64,000 nt of DNA from Azolla caroliniana (Eukaryota; Plantae; Polypodiophyta), in assembly GCA_043228905.1 (NCBI GenBank), contig JBHGNT010000002.1:10912001-10976000 (forward strand). The letters are read 5' to 3'. Position 1 is the first letter of the stretch, and the number at the start of each line of letters is the position of its first letter. This document shows, in pieces, positions 49,301 to 61,329 of this stretch. Under the pieces are notes generated by a model. It did no database searches. It was not told the origin of the DNA and saw only the letters and a program-made list of their open reading frames with translations. The position numbers and the translations under genes were made by a program.

Positions 49301-52300
49301 TGCGGCTTTCGCACGAATTCAGAGCCAAAGCGGAGGGAAATCCGTCCAATTCCTAACTGTGTCGGCAAATCATGAAAGGAACAAGAGAGAGCTATTGTCC
49401 CAAACAAGGATGAATTTTTAGAGCAGACTGTTGCGAAGTGGGGAAGTGATAGCCTGAGAAGCCCTGATACCCCACACAGGAAGAAAACTCTCGGAGCAGA
49501 ACAAGTATGAATCGGTCCGGATGGGGCATCTACGTGCACGGCCATAACCAGAGGAAAGAAGAAAGAATACCAAAAAGTAGAGGACAAGTTGCGGTCAGCA
49601 TCAATAATAAAAGAAGACGAAGAAATCGTGGGGGTAGTCGAAGAACTGTTCTATGGGAGCACGCTACAACGGCTTCAACAGCTTGTGGAGGAGAAAAGCC
49701 AAGGAGACCGGGTAGTCCCAGTGGAATCGGTCGAGATGTAGGAGATCATTGCGAAAATGGGGCGAGATGCGCTCTACAAAGAAGAAGCAATGGTAAGTAC
49801 AAAATACAAGACCGTGGAGAAGAAAGTGAAACCGGCCGCGGGACGGTTACCCGCCGATACCGAGCAAAAGAGGAAAGAAGTCTCGGGAGATCCGACACTT
49901 CAGAAGTCCATGGATATCGGACATGCCTTCACGGATGAGACCCGGAAGAAACTTCAGATCGGTGGAGGTGGTTTCCTTTTACAAAATGAAGAAGAACGAT
50001 TCCGTGGGATATTGGAACAACATGGGAAAGCCTTTGCATTCACATCGAAGGAGATAGGGTGCGTTGATCCGAAGATAGTGGAGCCGATGGTGATCTTCAC
50101 GATTGACCATGTGCCGTGGAACCTAAAGCCGATTCCGGTGCCGCGGGTGCATATTCCTAAAATCATCGACTTGCTTAAGGAGAAGGTTGTGATGGGGTTT
50201 CTAGAGGCATCAAACACTCCGTACTCAAATCGATGGTTTACGGTTCCGAAGAAGAATGGGTCACTCCGATTTATCCAAGACTTGCAACCGGTAAACAAGG
50301 TCACGATCCAGAACTCCGGAGTCAGTCCAATAGTGGACGAATTTGCGGAAGCATTTTCCGGTCATGTGATATAATCCATCAGAGACCTATACTCGGGATA
50401 TGACCAATTGCAACTAGCCATGGAGAGCCGAGACATCACTACCTTGCAAACACTGATAGGATTAGTCTGAATGTGCACACTACCACAAGGAGCAACAAAC
50501 TCGGTGGCACATATGATGAACGTGATGAACAAGGTGCTTCGAGATTGCATTCCGGAGATAACGATGTCGTTCCTAGATGACATTCTGATGAAAGGATACG
50601 CGGTACAAGAAAAAGATGAAACTATGGATGATCGGGGATGCCGAAAGTTCGTAGTCGACCATATTCGTGATTGGGAGAAAGTGTATCAAAAGTTAGAAGA
50701 TGTGCACCTAACACTTTCCGGAGAGAAATCGGTATTCGGGCAAGAAGAGATATTGGTAGTCGGACATCTATGTGGGCCCTATGGCCGAAGACCGTCACCA
50801 ACCAAGATCGATGCAATTCAAGCTATGAAAGAAGTATGCGAGTCACAATCCGAAGTCCGAAGGTTTCTTGGAGCTTGTGCATTTTATCACATATGGACTC
50901 CGCACTATGCACATATTACGGACCCAGTGTATCACTTATTGCGGAAGGGGAAGAAGTTCGAATGGAAACCAGAACACACCAAAGCCATGAAGAAGCTCAA
51001 GAAAACACTACGGAGGGCTGAAGCACTTAAGAAGCCGAGCTATGAGCAACCGATCATAGTAACGGTTGATACAAGTCCAAACGGGATCAGATGGGTCATC
51101 AATCAGGCCGACTTGGATGGGTTGCGATATCCGATCCGATTCGGAGCAAAGGTTCTCAATCAAAGGAAACGCGGATATGCACAAGTCAAAAGAGAATTAT
51201 GGGGAGTCGTGTCGGCAATCAAATTAGATCGAGATTATTTGATCAGAGCCGAAGTAGTGATCTAAACAGATTGTCTTCCGATACTCGGGATGATGCGGTG
51301 TTGCACGATACTGGATGTGGCTATGTTAAGATGGATTGCATATGTTAAGTCGCTTAACCCAGACGTACGACACATCTCCTGAAAAGACAACGCGATAGCG
51401 GATATGCTATCAAGGGCTCGGTTCGGAGATGACAGCCGAATCCGATAGTGAAGAAGTTTATGGAGACTACTTTGCTTCGGAGTACATATGCCAAGTAAAC
51501 GTAATCCGAGAATTCTGAGAAGAAGAATACGAGGGAGAAAGCTTGATGATCGGGAAGGTGCTACAAGAGATTGAGGAATCACCGGACGATAAAGAGAAGA
51601 GAGCCGAGATCTGAAGGAAGAAGAGGCAAGTCCAAAGTTCTTCTTGAAAAATGGATTAATATGCAGGGAGCCGAAAAGACCGGATGGCATACCACTTCAG
51701 GTAGTCAAGACGAAAGAGCAACGAAACCGGATAATGTCCTAGTTTCACAAATCCGATTGGGTTGGATATCGAGGGACATGGGCAACTTTTGTGAAAATCA
51801 AACAAAAATATTGGTGGAAGAATATGTACAAAATATAGCGGAGTTCATGAAAAGCTGTGAGAAGTGTCAAATCTACTTCGGAGTTTGACACCAAGATGAG
51901 TTACATCCGATATTCTCACCGACAATCAACTTCAAATGGATGGTTGACATTGTAGCCATACCAACCGGGATCGGACAAAAGAAGTACTTGGTGCTAGCTC
52001 GGGAAGATCTCACAATTCAAGTAGAAGGTCGGGCGTTACGAAGGAAAATGTGTTCTGCGGTATGCCAATTTCTTTTGGAGGAGGTGTTTTGCAGGTATGG
52101 GTGTGTAGGACAAGTGATTGCGGATCGGGGAGAACTCGAATCTGATAAATCTAGGGAATTCTTCACCAAACATGGAGTTCGGTTAACGCTAACAACGACA
52201 TACAATCCAGAGGCCAACGGGAAAATTGAACGAGGACATAGTCCAATCGTCAAAGCACTTGCTAAAGCATGCAATGGAAGGGAGAAGGATTGGTCGCAGA

Positions 52301-53759
52301 TGCTCCCGTATGCACTATGGGCGGATCGGACGACGCATAGCTCCGTAACCGGTTATATGCCGACAGAACTTATGACTGGACAAGCACCGGTAATGCCGAC
52401 GGAAACCACGATCACAACATGGACAATGCTACCGTAGATGGAAGAGATGAACTAGGAAGAACTACTAGCGGTCCGGAAGAACAAGAAGCGCGATTCCGGA
52501 ACAAAAGCCGGTTCGACACAAAGCATCGACTACAACCACGGAAGATTGAAGAAGGAGATTGGGTGATTTTCTATGACAGTAGTTTCGATCATCAACATAC
52601 AATGATACTAAAGTTCGCGAAAATGTGGTTCGGGCCATACGAGGTTCAGAAAGTTTTCGACAACGAAACTTATCGACTATGCGAGTTGGATGGGACGATA
52701 CTACGAGTGCCTATAGCAAGGAAACGGGTAAAGATCTTCAAGAAGCGGACTGACGACGAACCCTATGTAACCCTAGACAAGACCAACAATGAGGGTCAAC
52801 CAGACAAAGATCACGGTGATGCGAAAGTGAAGAAAGTGGACTTCAACTCGTAGTCGACATAAGGGGAGAATCGAAGAGTGCTACGGATGAAGGCAAATGA
52901 TGAGCATTAGGAACTTCGGCACATACCGGAGGATGTGCGGGTTTGGAGGGGGCGAGTGTCGTAGTGTAATTTGCACACTACGTGAAAATAGCATTTTGTT
53001 CCTCCGGATGGGACAAGCAGGAACCGGTAAGGAGGACCCGGTAAGGAGAACTGGTGAGAACCGGATGAAGTAGAAACCGGCAAAGAGGACCCGGTAAGGA
53101 GACTCGGTAAGAACCGGATCAAGTAGAACCGGATAAAGAAGGCCTGTTAGAAGAAAAGATTGTTACATGCATAGGGCAAGATTCAAACCCTGTACCTCCA
53201 CGTAGATAGACCCCAACCTTACCATTGTACTGACTTATCCTAAGTGTTCTAGATATAGATTTAATACGTATAAGACCTTTATTTATGCCTACCTTTATTA
53301 AAAGGTAAGTCATGCATTTTTAGAATGTGTGAATATTTTATTTATAAGAAAAATGTACACCAATAAAAAATTACTCGTGCACATCTAGCGAGCATGAGCA
53401 CTATATTTAGGAAATAAAAGCATAGTGTAAAAAGCAACTCATGCACATTTAGTGTGCATGAACACTTTAGAAAGATGTATAACGAGGAGAGAAAGATGTA
53501 TGGTGTTGTTGATTATTTTACAAGGATTGATCAATCTAATATATTCGTGGGATTCTCGAGTTTATCATCAAAATTCTCTTTCTTACAATCTAAATATTGT
53601 TTATATACACTAAACACGTGGGATTCAGAAGTTTTATTTCTTACTTCTCTTCCTACCTATTCATAACTAGCCTTATATTGTATTCTTCGTTCTCCTAGTC
53701 CAAAACTTCAGTGGTTCCCACCTGATTCACACAACGATCTGGAGCCGAAAGGCACGACA
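46396..53759 (+). mobile_element. Gypsy H: divergent, fungal Ylt1-like element with a 4-bp TSD
   Basis: LTRs 46396-47318 and 52957-53759 (TGTCGT...ACGACA); TSD GCGT/GCAT; PBS TGGTGAACCCAACGTGA at 47323; PPT GGAGGGGGCGAG at 52945-52956. Confidence 0.92.
47357..52853 (+). pseudogene. gag-pol: Gypsy H gag-pol with many stops
   Basis: FNGKDMSRYL gag start, ALIDHG(W)EINL protease, YSNRWFTVPKKNG, LPQGATNS, FLDDI, VDTSP RNase H, IADRGE..YNPEANGKIERGH integrase, WFGPY. Confidence 0.88.
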
Positions 53760-55700
53760 GCATAAGTCTACAAAACCTATTGTCTGGAATGCTACACTAG
53801 ACCTTGCCTTTAAGGAACTCAAGGACCTGGTGTCCAAGGCCCCTTCACTTCTTCTACCTGATCCTTCAAAGACTTTTGAGGTTGAAACCGATGCAAGCGA
53901 TTATGCTATAGGTGTTGTCTTATATCAAGATCATAAACCAATAGCATTCGAGAGTAAGAAACTTGATTCTGCTCAATGTCAGTATACCGTTCAAGAAAAG
54001 GAATTATTTGCAATTATACATGCTCTCAAAACATGGCGCCATTATCTTTATGGAAATCGCTTTGTGGTAAGTACGGACCACGAGTCCTTGAAATATGTTT
54101 GTGACCAACAAGACCTGAAAGGTCGTAAGGCATGATGGGTTGATCTCATCCAGGACTTTGATTTTTCCATACGATATTGTAAAGGTTCCATGAACACTGT
54201 CGCTGATGCACTAAGTCGCATCCATGAAGTTAACATGCCTAGCTTCACTAAAATAACATTAGATCTTTATGATCACCTTCGAGGAAAGTATCCTAATGAC
54301 AGTTATTTTGCAAAATACTAAGCAAGAGTTGAGTCTGGAACAGACACCACCATATCCTCGAAGGAATACTTCCACATTGCTAACGGTCTGCTCTACCATA
54401 ATGGGAAGGTTTTTGTTCTAGATTTGCCTGAGGTCAAAAGGAGAATTCTTTTTGAATGCCATAATGCACCCTCAGCAGGGCACCGTGGAATACATCGTAC
54501 ACTCGTTCTCATCTCCACTCAATTCTATTGGCCTAAGATGTGTCCTGACATACATAGCTATGTGACTAAATGTCACCAATGTCAGGTTAACGAAGCCCAG
54601 CGACTTAAAGCCGCAGGACTTTTACATCCCTTGGACATTCCCAATAATAAGTGGGAAAGTATATCCATGGATTTTATTGTTAGCCTTCCTTGCACCCAAA
54701 AGGTGATCATGTTATCTGGGTTGTGGTTGATAGACTAACTAAAATGGCCAAATTTATTGCTACTAAAACCACGGTAACAACTCCTGAATTGGCTTACCAA
54801 TTTGTTGATGAGTTATTTCGTTTTTATGGGTTACCGATGGATATCGTGAGTGATCAAGATCCAAAGTTTACTAGTGACTTCTGGACACAAGCCTTCAAGA
54901 AGTTAGAAACTACATTGAGCATGAGCTCCACGGATCATCCTCAATCCGATTGAAATCAGATTATTGAGGACATGCTTCGAGCATATGTTGGTATAAAAGC
55001 AACAAAATGGGAATGTTATCTCCCTAATTTGGAGTTTGTTTATAACAACTCCAAGCATACGTTGACGGGATATAGTCCTTTTATGTTGATGTATGGTTTT
55101 TAGCCCCGATTGATGTTAATATACATCATGATGAGTTGCGAAGTACACAAAATTTTCTTTGGGATATGCAAGATATGTTTCATATTGCACGAGATAATAT
55201 AAAAACAGCTCAAGATAGAGCGCGCTTTTATGCCGATCATCATAGGCAACCTCGTTTATTCAACCTTGGACAGAAGGTATTTTTACGTGTACCTCATAAT
55301 TCTAAGACATTGTCTAAGGGTAAGTGCGCTAAGTTAGCCCCATGGTTTTGTGGACCTTTTACAGTCCTCAAACACATTAGGTCATCAACCTATCATCTCG
55401 CTCTTCCCAATGGTGTTGAAATTCATCTAGTTTTTCATGTGAGTCGTCTAAAAGAACTTTTAGGTTCTGGCGACAATACAGTTACAACTAAAACTCTAGT
55501 TACTTCTAAAGAATTATCTTCTAAACCACATGTACCACAGAATTCTCGATGTTAAAACAAAAAAATTACATACTAAAGAAATCCAAGAATTAAAAAAAAA
55601 TGGATGGATAAATCAATAAAAGATGCCACATGGGAACACGAAAATTCTCTCAGAACTAACTTCCCTAACTTTCCATTGCAAGAGTGCAATGTTTTAAAGA
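53760..55700 (+). pseudogene. pol: Gypsy E RNase H, integrase and C-terminal chromodomain
   Basis: VETDASDYAIG, ECHNAPSAGH..CHQCQ, WESISMDFI, IVSDQDPKFTS, CGPF. A frameshifted chromodomain RILD...KWMDKSIKDATWEHENSLRTNFPNF lies at ~55540-55672. Confidence 0.9.
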
Positions 55701-55714
55701 GGGGGACGGAAGTA

Positions 55715-56169
55715 TGTTACGGGCATGCCCATATAATATCCTGTGGAGAGAATTTACCATAGTATTCTATACACGTGGATAAGTGTGAGGGTTAAACAAG
55801 AGTGTAAAGCAGGGGAGGATTACTTTTAATCCTCAAGATTGAGACAACCCATTAGGCCAAGTGTGAACTTCCCTAGGGGCCTTGGATATCGCTATAAATA
55901 AGAGGCCTAGCTACCCTCATTTCATCATCTTGTTCACTACGTTGAGACTCTGTTTCGTGGTGGATCAACTCTTGTAGCGAGTGCGCCAACACCAGGTACG
56001 ACTCGATGCCACGACGGTGGTATGGGACGCTGATCGAGGCTCGAGTTTGTCTTGATCCCTTCGCTCGGGGGTGGTCGGGTGGATTGGCGCCCTTCTTTCT
56101 CTCTCTCCTTTCTATCTAGATCTATCTTTTATCCTTATTTTATGTTTACATTAGTTCATGTCTCTAATA
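55715..56169 (+). repeat. 3' LTR of Gypsy E
   Basis: Both ends match 24663-24916; contains TATAAATA in the segment missing from the 5' copy. Confidence 0.88.
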
Positions 56170-57304
56170 GTGGGACTGTTGATTACATGGTTGTCTATTG
56201 CCTCTGTATGTCTATGTTTTGGTCTGCGCACCTTGATTCTCGTAGCGTCGCCCTCCGTGGTCGTTATACCGATCGTTACGACGATAGTCATCTTCGTTTG
56301 GATCATCATCATCGCAATATTGATCATCATCTCGACTATTACGGTCATTTCGCTCATTACGTGGTCCGCGTTCCGATAACACTCGTCCTAACGAAATCAG
56401 TCGTTGGGCTTCCGATTGTTACGCTGCGGTTCGATTCATCAAACCGATGCTATGGTCGATTCAAAAGGTTGTACTCGCATTGGTCAACTATATGTGCCCA
56501 AGAATGGCAAATACGATAGTGAGCCCGCATGTTGTAGTCGACCGTCGAGTGTCCCGAGTTTAGGCAATTTGTGCATTGAATGGCCTGCCGAAAACGATAT
56601 TCGTCATCCCGCATTAACGCCTGCCGTAAGGATGTCATGGACATTCCTTTGTCAGTGTCTTCAACTGAAGAACCTGGTCGATGACCGGGTCCGCTGTTTG
56701 GCCCGTAAAATCGAGCATACCCAACGTTTTTGCATGGGTTGGTGCAAAGAGGCGAGGAAGGTTTCCTTAGCAATGACCAATGATTTCGCGTTGTGGAACA
56801 CTGCGGTGAAACTGTCGAAGGAACGCCATACGGAACTGGTCAAAAATCGTAAAAGTCAAGAGATCGGGCTGTGAATGACACCGTGCTGCTCGTCCATCGA
56901 GAGTAAGCCCAAACTCTGCTATCTTAGAGGCGTTGGCATTGTGCTCTACTCGATGAGTGCACATTCGAACACGCTTTCGTCGAGATCCGGTAAGTGGGTA
57001 TCGAGGTGTGACATTTCCACGACAAGTTCTCCCTCCTTTCGGGATTCTACACGAGTCTATGGTTTACCTCTACGATTTGATTCTTTGCTGCCTTTGCAGC
57101 TAGATGACATCCATTTCTCGATGTTCAGCTATGCTTGTCACAGATCTCTAGGTGCGTCGAAAATGTTACCGGTTAAGGTGACTTTGCGCCGAGTCCCTAG
57201 TCCTTCGGGGTTTGGCTTCAAGGGAATCGTGGTTCAGGAATGGTAGAGTACATCGCAACCGTGATACAAGTGACTATACACTAGACTCGTAAGTGTTGTC
57301 TTAA

Positions 57305-60205
57305 TCGTGGAGATTAGGAAGACAAATTGGCAAAATTTTGCGGCTTGACTATGAAGATGCGGACTCAACTAATTTGATTGTGTTAGTCAACTGTACAAAA
57401 GGATTCTGTAAGATGATCGTCTCCGAAGACTACTTGTTGAAGGATTCATGCGGGCCAGAATCCTTCCAGAATGCTATTGACACAAGTACCAACCTGATAA
57501 CAACATTGAGGCCATACATTCAAGGCCATGTTAAATTGAAGGCAGGATCTTTTTCACCTATTAAAGCACCAATAAAGAAATATGTTGTGCAGTCCAGGCC
57601 TCAAAAGAAGAAGGTGACTAGAATGTCAAATTCTGAGTCATCGAGTTCAAGAGAAGATGATGAGGCTCGATCTACACCAGGAGCAGAGCTTGTGTCTGGT
57701 GTGTTGTCATCGGAACAAAATACAATTAGAAGGGACATCATCCATAGAAAGCTTGTGCGGAAGGGTCAAGTTTTTAACCTTTTGATAACCCATATTCATC
57801 GCCCCCCTCTGAATGACAATACAGGACATCGTCCTTTAAAGATTACAGAACCACATAAATTGCACGTCCAAAACTTAAAGAAGAAGAAGAAAATAAATCC
57901 ACATGCAACAATCGTGCCTTTTATAGTAATGGTGGATTTTGATGTTAAGAATCATGACCAATACAATTATTTTGTAATTGGCGGATCTTACTCGACAGAG
58001 GCAAGACGACAGTTAGTTCGCGAGCATCCCACAACTTTCTTCTTCAAATATGCGGAATGCAAAATTTATGTGGGGCTAACAACTTCGCCTCCTCAGTTGT
58101 TAGCATGGGACCACAATAATGACAATGACTACCGACAGAAGATGTCATCCATCAAATGCATTAGATTTTTTCACCACAAGTACCTTGATGGGAAAAATAA
58201 ATTTGGAGTGAAATTATATCCAAGTCTATGACGTCAATGTCTCCACGAAGTGGGAATTGTGGTGGATGATGCGGTGAAGTCAAATGGTATTACAAAGTAC
58301 GAGTTGTGGTTTCAACTCGCATTCAGGGATGGAGAAGTCTGGGATCTTCCAGATCAAATATTTACAATGTGGGAGAATAAGGAAGTGAAGGGTCAAAGAC
58401 AAAAGAAGTCGAAAGTGGACCCACAATTAGAATTGACGAGCTCAGTTGAGAAGATCGAGCTTACCATTGAGGAAGCGGCAGATGATACGAAGTTGTCTTT
58501 ATGGAGGGCAATGCTAGGGATCAAAGATGAGCAACTTCTTATATTTGTGCTTTCAAGAGTTGTAGCAAAGGAGCTGAGCTTAGAGGAAATGGTCACTGAG
58601 TTGAACAAGTAAGTTCTTACTAAATATTTCATGGTTTATCTTGTGTTAAGACATGGATTTCTAATGTTGGTCTATAAATTTGCAGCCACAAAGTCTATAT
58701 GAAAATACAAGAAGTGATGATGAAGCAACTAGGTTGCTTATCGTGGGAACAAGTGAGTGAAGAATATCTGATAACGTCTTCGTACAAGGCTTTATCGGAA
58801 TATTTCATTGCATTTAAGGATTGGGTGAGTAGAACTCTTTGTCTGATCAATTTGTGATGGTCCATCCCATGTACCGACAATAACTTTGTTTATGTCTTGT
58901 TTTTTTTAGAAACCATGTCGGAGTAAGAGGCCAGGTGAAATTAAGGATATATATGACTTCCCAACATCCTTTCTTGCGCATCTTGAAAGGGGTAGAAAAG
59001 AGAAGGATCAATGCTTGGTAAGAGCGTTTGAGGTGGAAGACGACAGCACCTTCAAGAAGTTCAGCCGCAAAAAAGACATCACTAGAGATTTGTACTACAA
59101 TGTTGATTGTGGTGATGTGGTTGACATGATCTAGAAGCTGCCAAAGAAAGAGTATACGTTAATAGTAGCCGATATTCCATGCGGTTTTCGTATGGCTGGA
59201 TCGATTTTTGATGACGAACCTTTTAGGTTCAAGCAGTTGGAAAAAATGGTAAAAGATTTCGCTGACTTGACGACTGCTTCCCTATGGAGGATTGTAATCT
59301 TTCATAGCATGGATCAGGGATATTTCGTGGCTCAAGTGCTGAGGTCTCGTTGCCATGGAATAGAGAACCTTGCTTGGTAAGGATTATATCGAAAGCACAC
59401 TATTTAAATAGGAATTATATATTGTAATTTAAACTGCATATAACTTCTTTTGTCAATGAACAAGATTAACACCAACGTAAATAGGAGACCAACTTTTCGG
59501 TTCGTTAATGCAATGGAGTATATTACAGTTGGTTATTACGATGAGATTACGAAGCAAAGAATCAAGGACCATTCAAATGAGGTGGGATGCTCAAACCTAC
59601 TTGTATATCCAATCGTGACATGGAAGCTTCGACATGTGACCACGACTGAGTGTGGGCTTGTGAATCCGTACCAGAAGCCACAACGTTTAATGATGCGCCT
59701 TGTGGAGATGTTCTCGAACGAAGATGACTGGATATTGGACTTGTTTTCGGGCAGAGGTATATGTTCGATTAATTTTCCTAATGTGTTGAAGGTTTTATCT
59801 ATATTCAGACCTATTATAAAAATCATTATTTCTTAATAATGGTGTTTAGGGACCACGTCGCCATGTGCTTTGACGTTTTTCCGAAATTCAGTTTCATTAG
59901 AGAGAGATGAGGAGCAGATGAACTTCATTAACATGAGGCTTCGAGCACTATGGGAATGCCCCGATCAAGACGAGGAGGTAGGGGCCAAGGATATAGTAGA
60001 TATTGAATGTTTCCAGCTTGCCTCCCGTGAACCGATCCCTCCTTTGGCTGGTGAATCTGAGGAACTTGTACACCTTGACGATGATTTAACAGAGAACCCC
60101 ATAGTAGCCAGTCTATCTGGAGTGGATACTACTACGCTAAATGTGGATGATAGTTCACCGATTGATGATGAAACCAATGATATGGATACTCTCCTAGTGA
60201 TGTAG
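57305..60205 (+). pseudogene. Intron-containing gene: ParB/Srx-like domain fused to a beta-class N4-cytosine/N6-adenine DNA methyltransferase; exons ~57305-58608, 58686-58824, 58910-59376, ~59464-59756, 59850-60205
   Basis: Three GT-AG introns splice in frame; the third acceptor looks mutated (CAG>CAA). Motif IV region GDVVDMI*KLPKKEYTLIVADIPCGF precedes NPYQKPQRLMMRLVEMFSNEDDWILDLFSGRG|TT and RNSVSLERD (motif I last, beta order). ParB-like YFVIGGSYSTEARRQL lies upstream. In-frame stops at 58229 and 59132. 5' end not defined. Confidence 0.85.
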
Positions 60206-61329
60206 TTAGACTTTATAAAAATACTTTTGTTGTTTTTACTTTTGATCAACTATCTTTTAATCAATTCTATTTCTTAATATGATCCAATCTATTTGTTTAT
60301 ATGGTGTTATATTATGTTTTAATTAATGTGTTACTATGTTTATATCTTGTTGCACATATCTATTAAATTCGTTGGGACTATCATTTTCGTTTATAGTTAA
60401 GATCAAACAAAATGTATGTTTATCCTTCATATTTACCCATCAATTGTGTTTGTAAAACTTATACCCATATTTGTTATTGTCGGTCACTTTTTCAATTTAT
60501 TATACTTATAGAATAACTATGATAAATAACATATAGTGGGACTGAAGGAGGCATTTGTAGATATTGGGGAGTATTTGCTTTATTGGAGGGGATTATACAA
60601 CAACAATCATGTTTCTATGGTTGATGGTTGTCCGGACTGGATGTATGGAGGGCTATCAAGGTGTGTTCTATATAGATTATTAGTACTCCATTTCTATATA
60701 TGTGTTTAACTTCTTGATTTAGTGTTTATGCGTAGACAATCAAATGAAAATTTTAATACATATTTGTTGTCTCTATTTTGGTGCCCAAAAATTTAGCAGT
60801 GCCTATGCCTTAATAATTGTCATATATGTTTTGGGTATATTCTTTTATGTCTAATTTCATGTAAACTAATAGTTACGAGTACGCTTTCTACTTCTAATTT
60901 TCATGTGTTGTCATGAACATATACATCTGGTATTATATCCTAATGATCTTTACTAAGGATTAATTGCGATGTATTGTATTCAACAATATGTAAATATCAA
61001 TTTCTCAAATAGCATATACACCTCTCTTGAAAAGTTTAACCATTGTAAACCTCTGCACTTTACATCTCACGAAAATGGAATCCCTGTTTGTTAATGTTTT
61101 CCTCAAATAATTAATTTGTATCAAATGAATGTGCGGTAAACCCCAACCCTAAATTTGTAAACATTGCAAAAATAAATCTCATACATTTATATTTTCTCCA
61201 ATAAATAGCATGTTCTCTAGGTATAGAGATGCATCGGATTAATAAATCAATAAATTCACCATCTTTGGTTGATCATGTGATACTGGTGCACGTTTGATTT
61301 CACAACAGGCTAAAATTGTGTGACTACAA

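Larger units (their letters stand above)
24663..56169 (+). mobile_element. Gypsy E: degenerate chromovirus interrupted by F and H
   Basis: LTRs 24663-24916 (internally deleted) and 55715-56169; PBS-like TGGTTTTCAGAGC at 24919; PPT AAAGAGGGGGA before 55715. TSD ACGGG/GTGGG, both derivable from GCGGG by CpG decay. Confidence 0.88.
1596..57290 (-). mobile_element. Gypsy X: fragmented host element related to F, in pieces at 1596-2434, 18858-18922, 24162-24662 and 56170-~57290
   Basis: Protease CIVDGGSGVNV (1943-2431), knuckle CFVCQQPD (24192-24680) and gag EFGLTLDGRAA / FRQAIQCTNC (56450-56964) are each homologous to F. The pieces join across the TSDs of A, D and E. Its own LTRs were not found. 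Confidence 0.75.

Noticed and set aside
57305-60205. Bacterial contamination as the source of the methyltransferase
   Set aside because: Frame-preserving GT-AG introns with pyrimidine tracts, and CG/CHG-type nonsense changes like those in neighbouring TEs, indicate residence in the plant nuclear genome.
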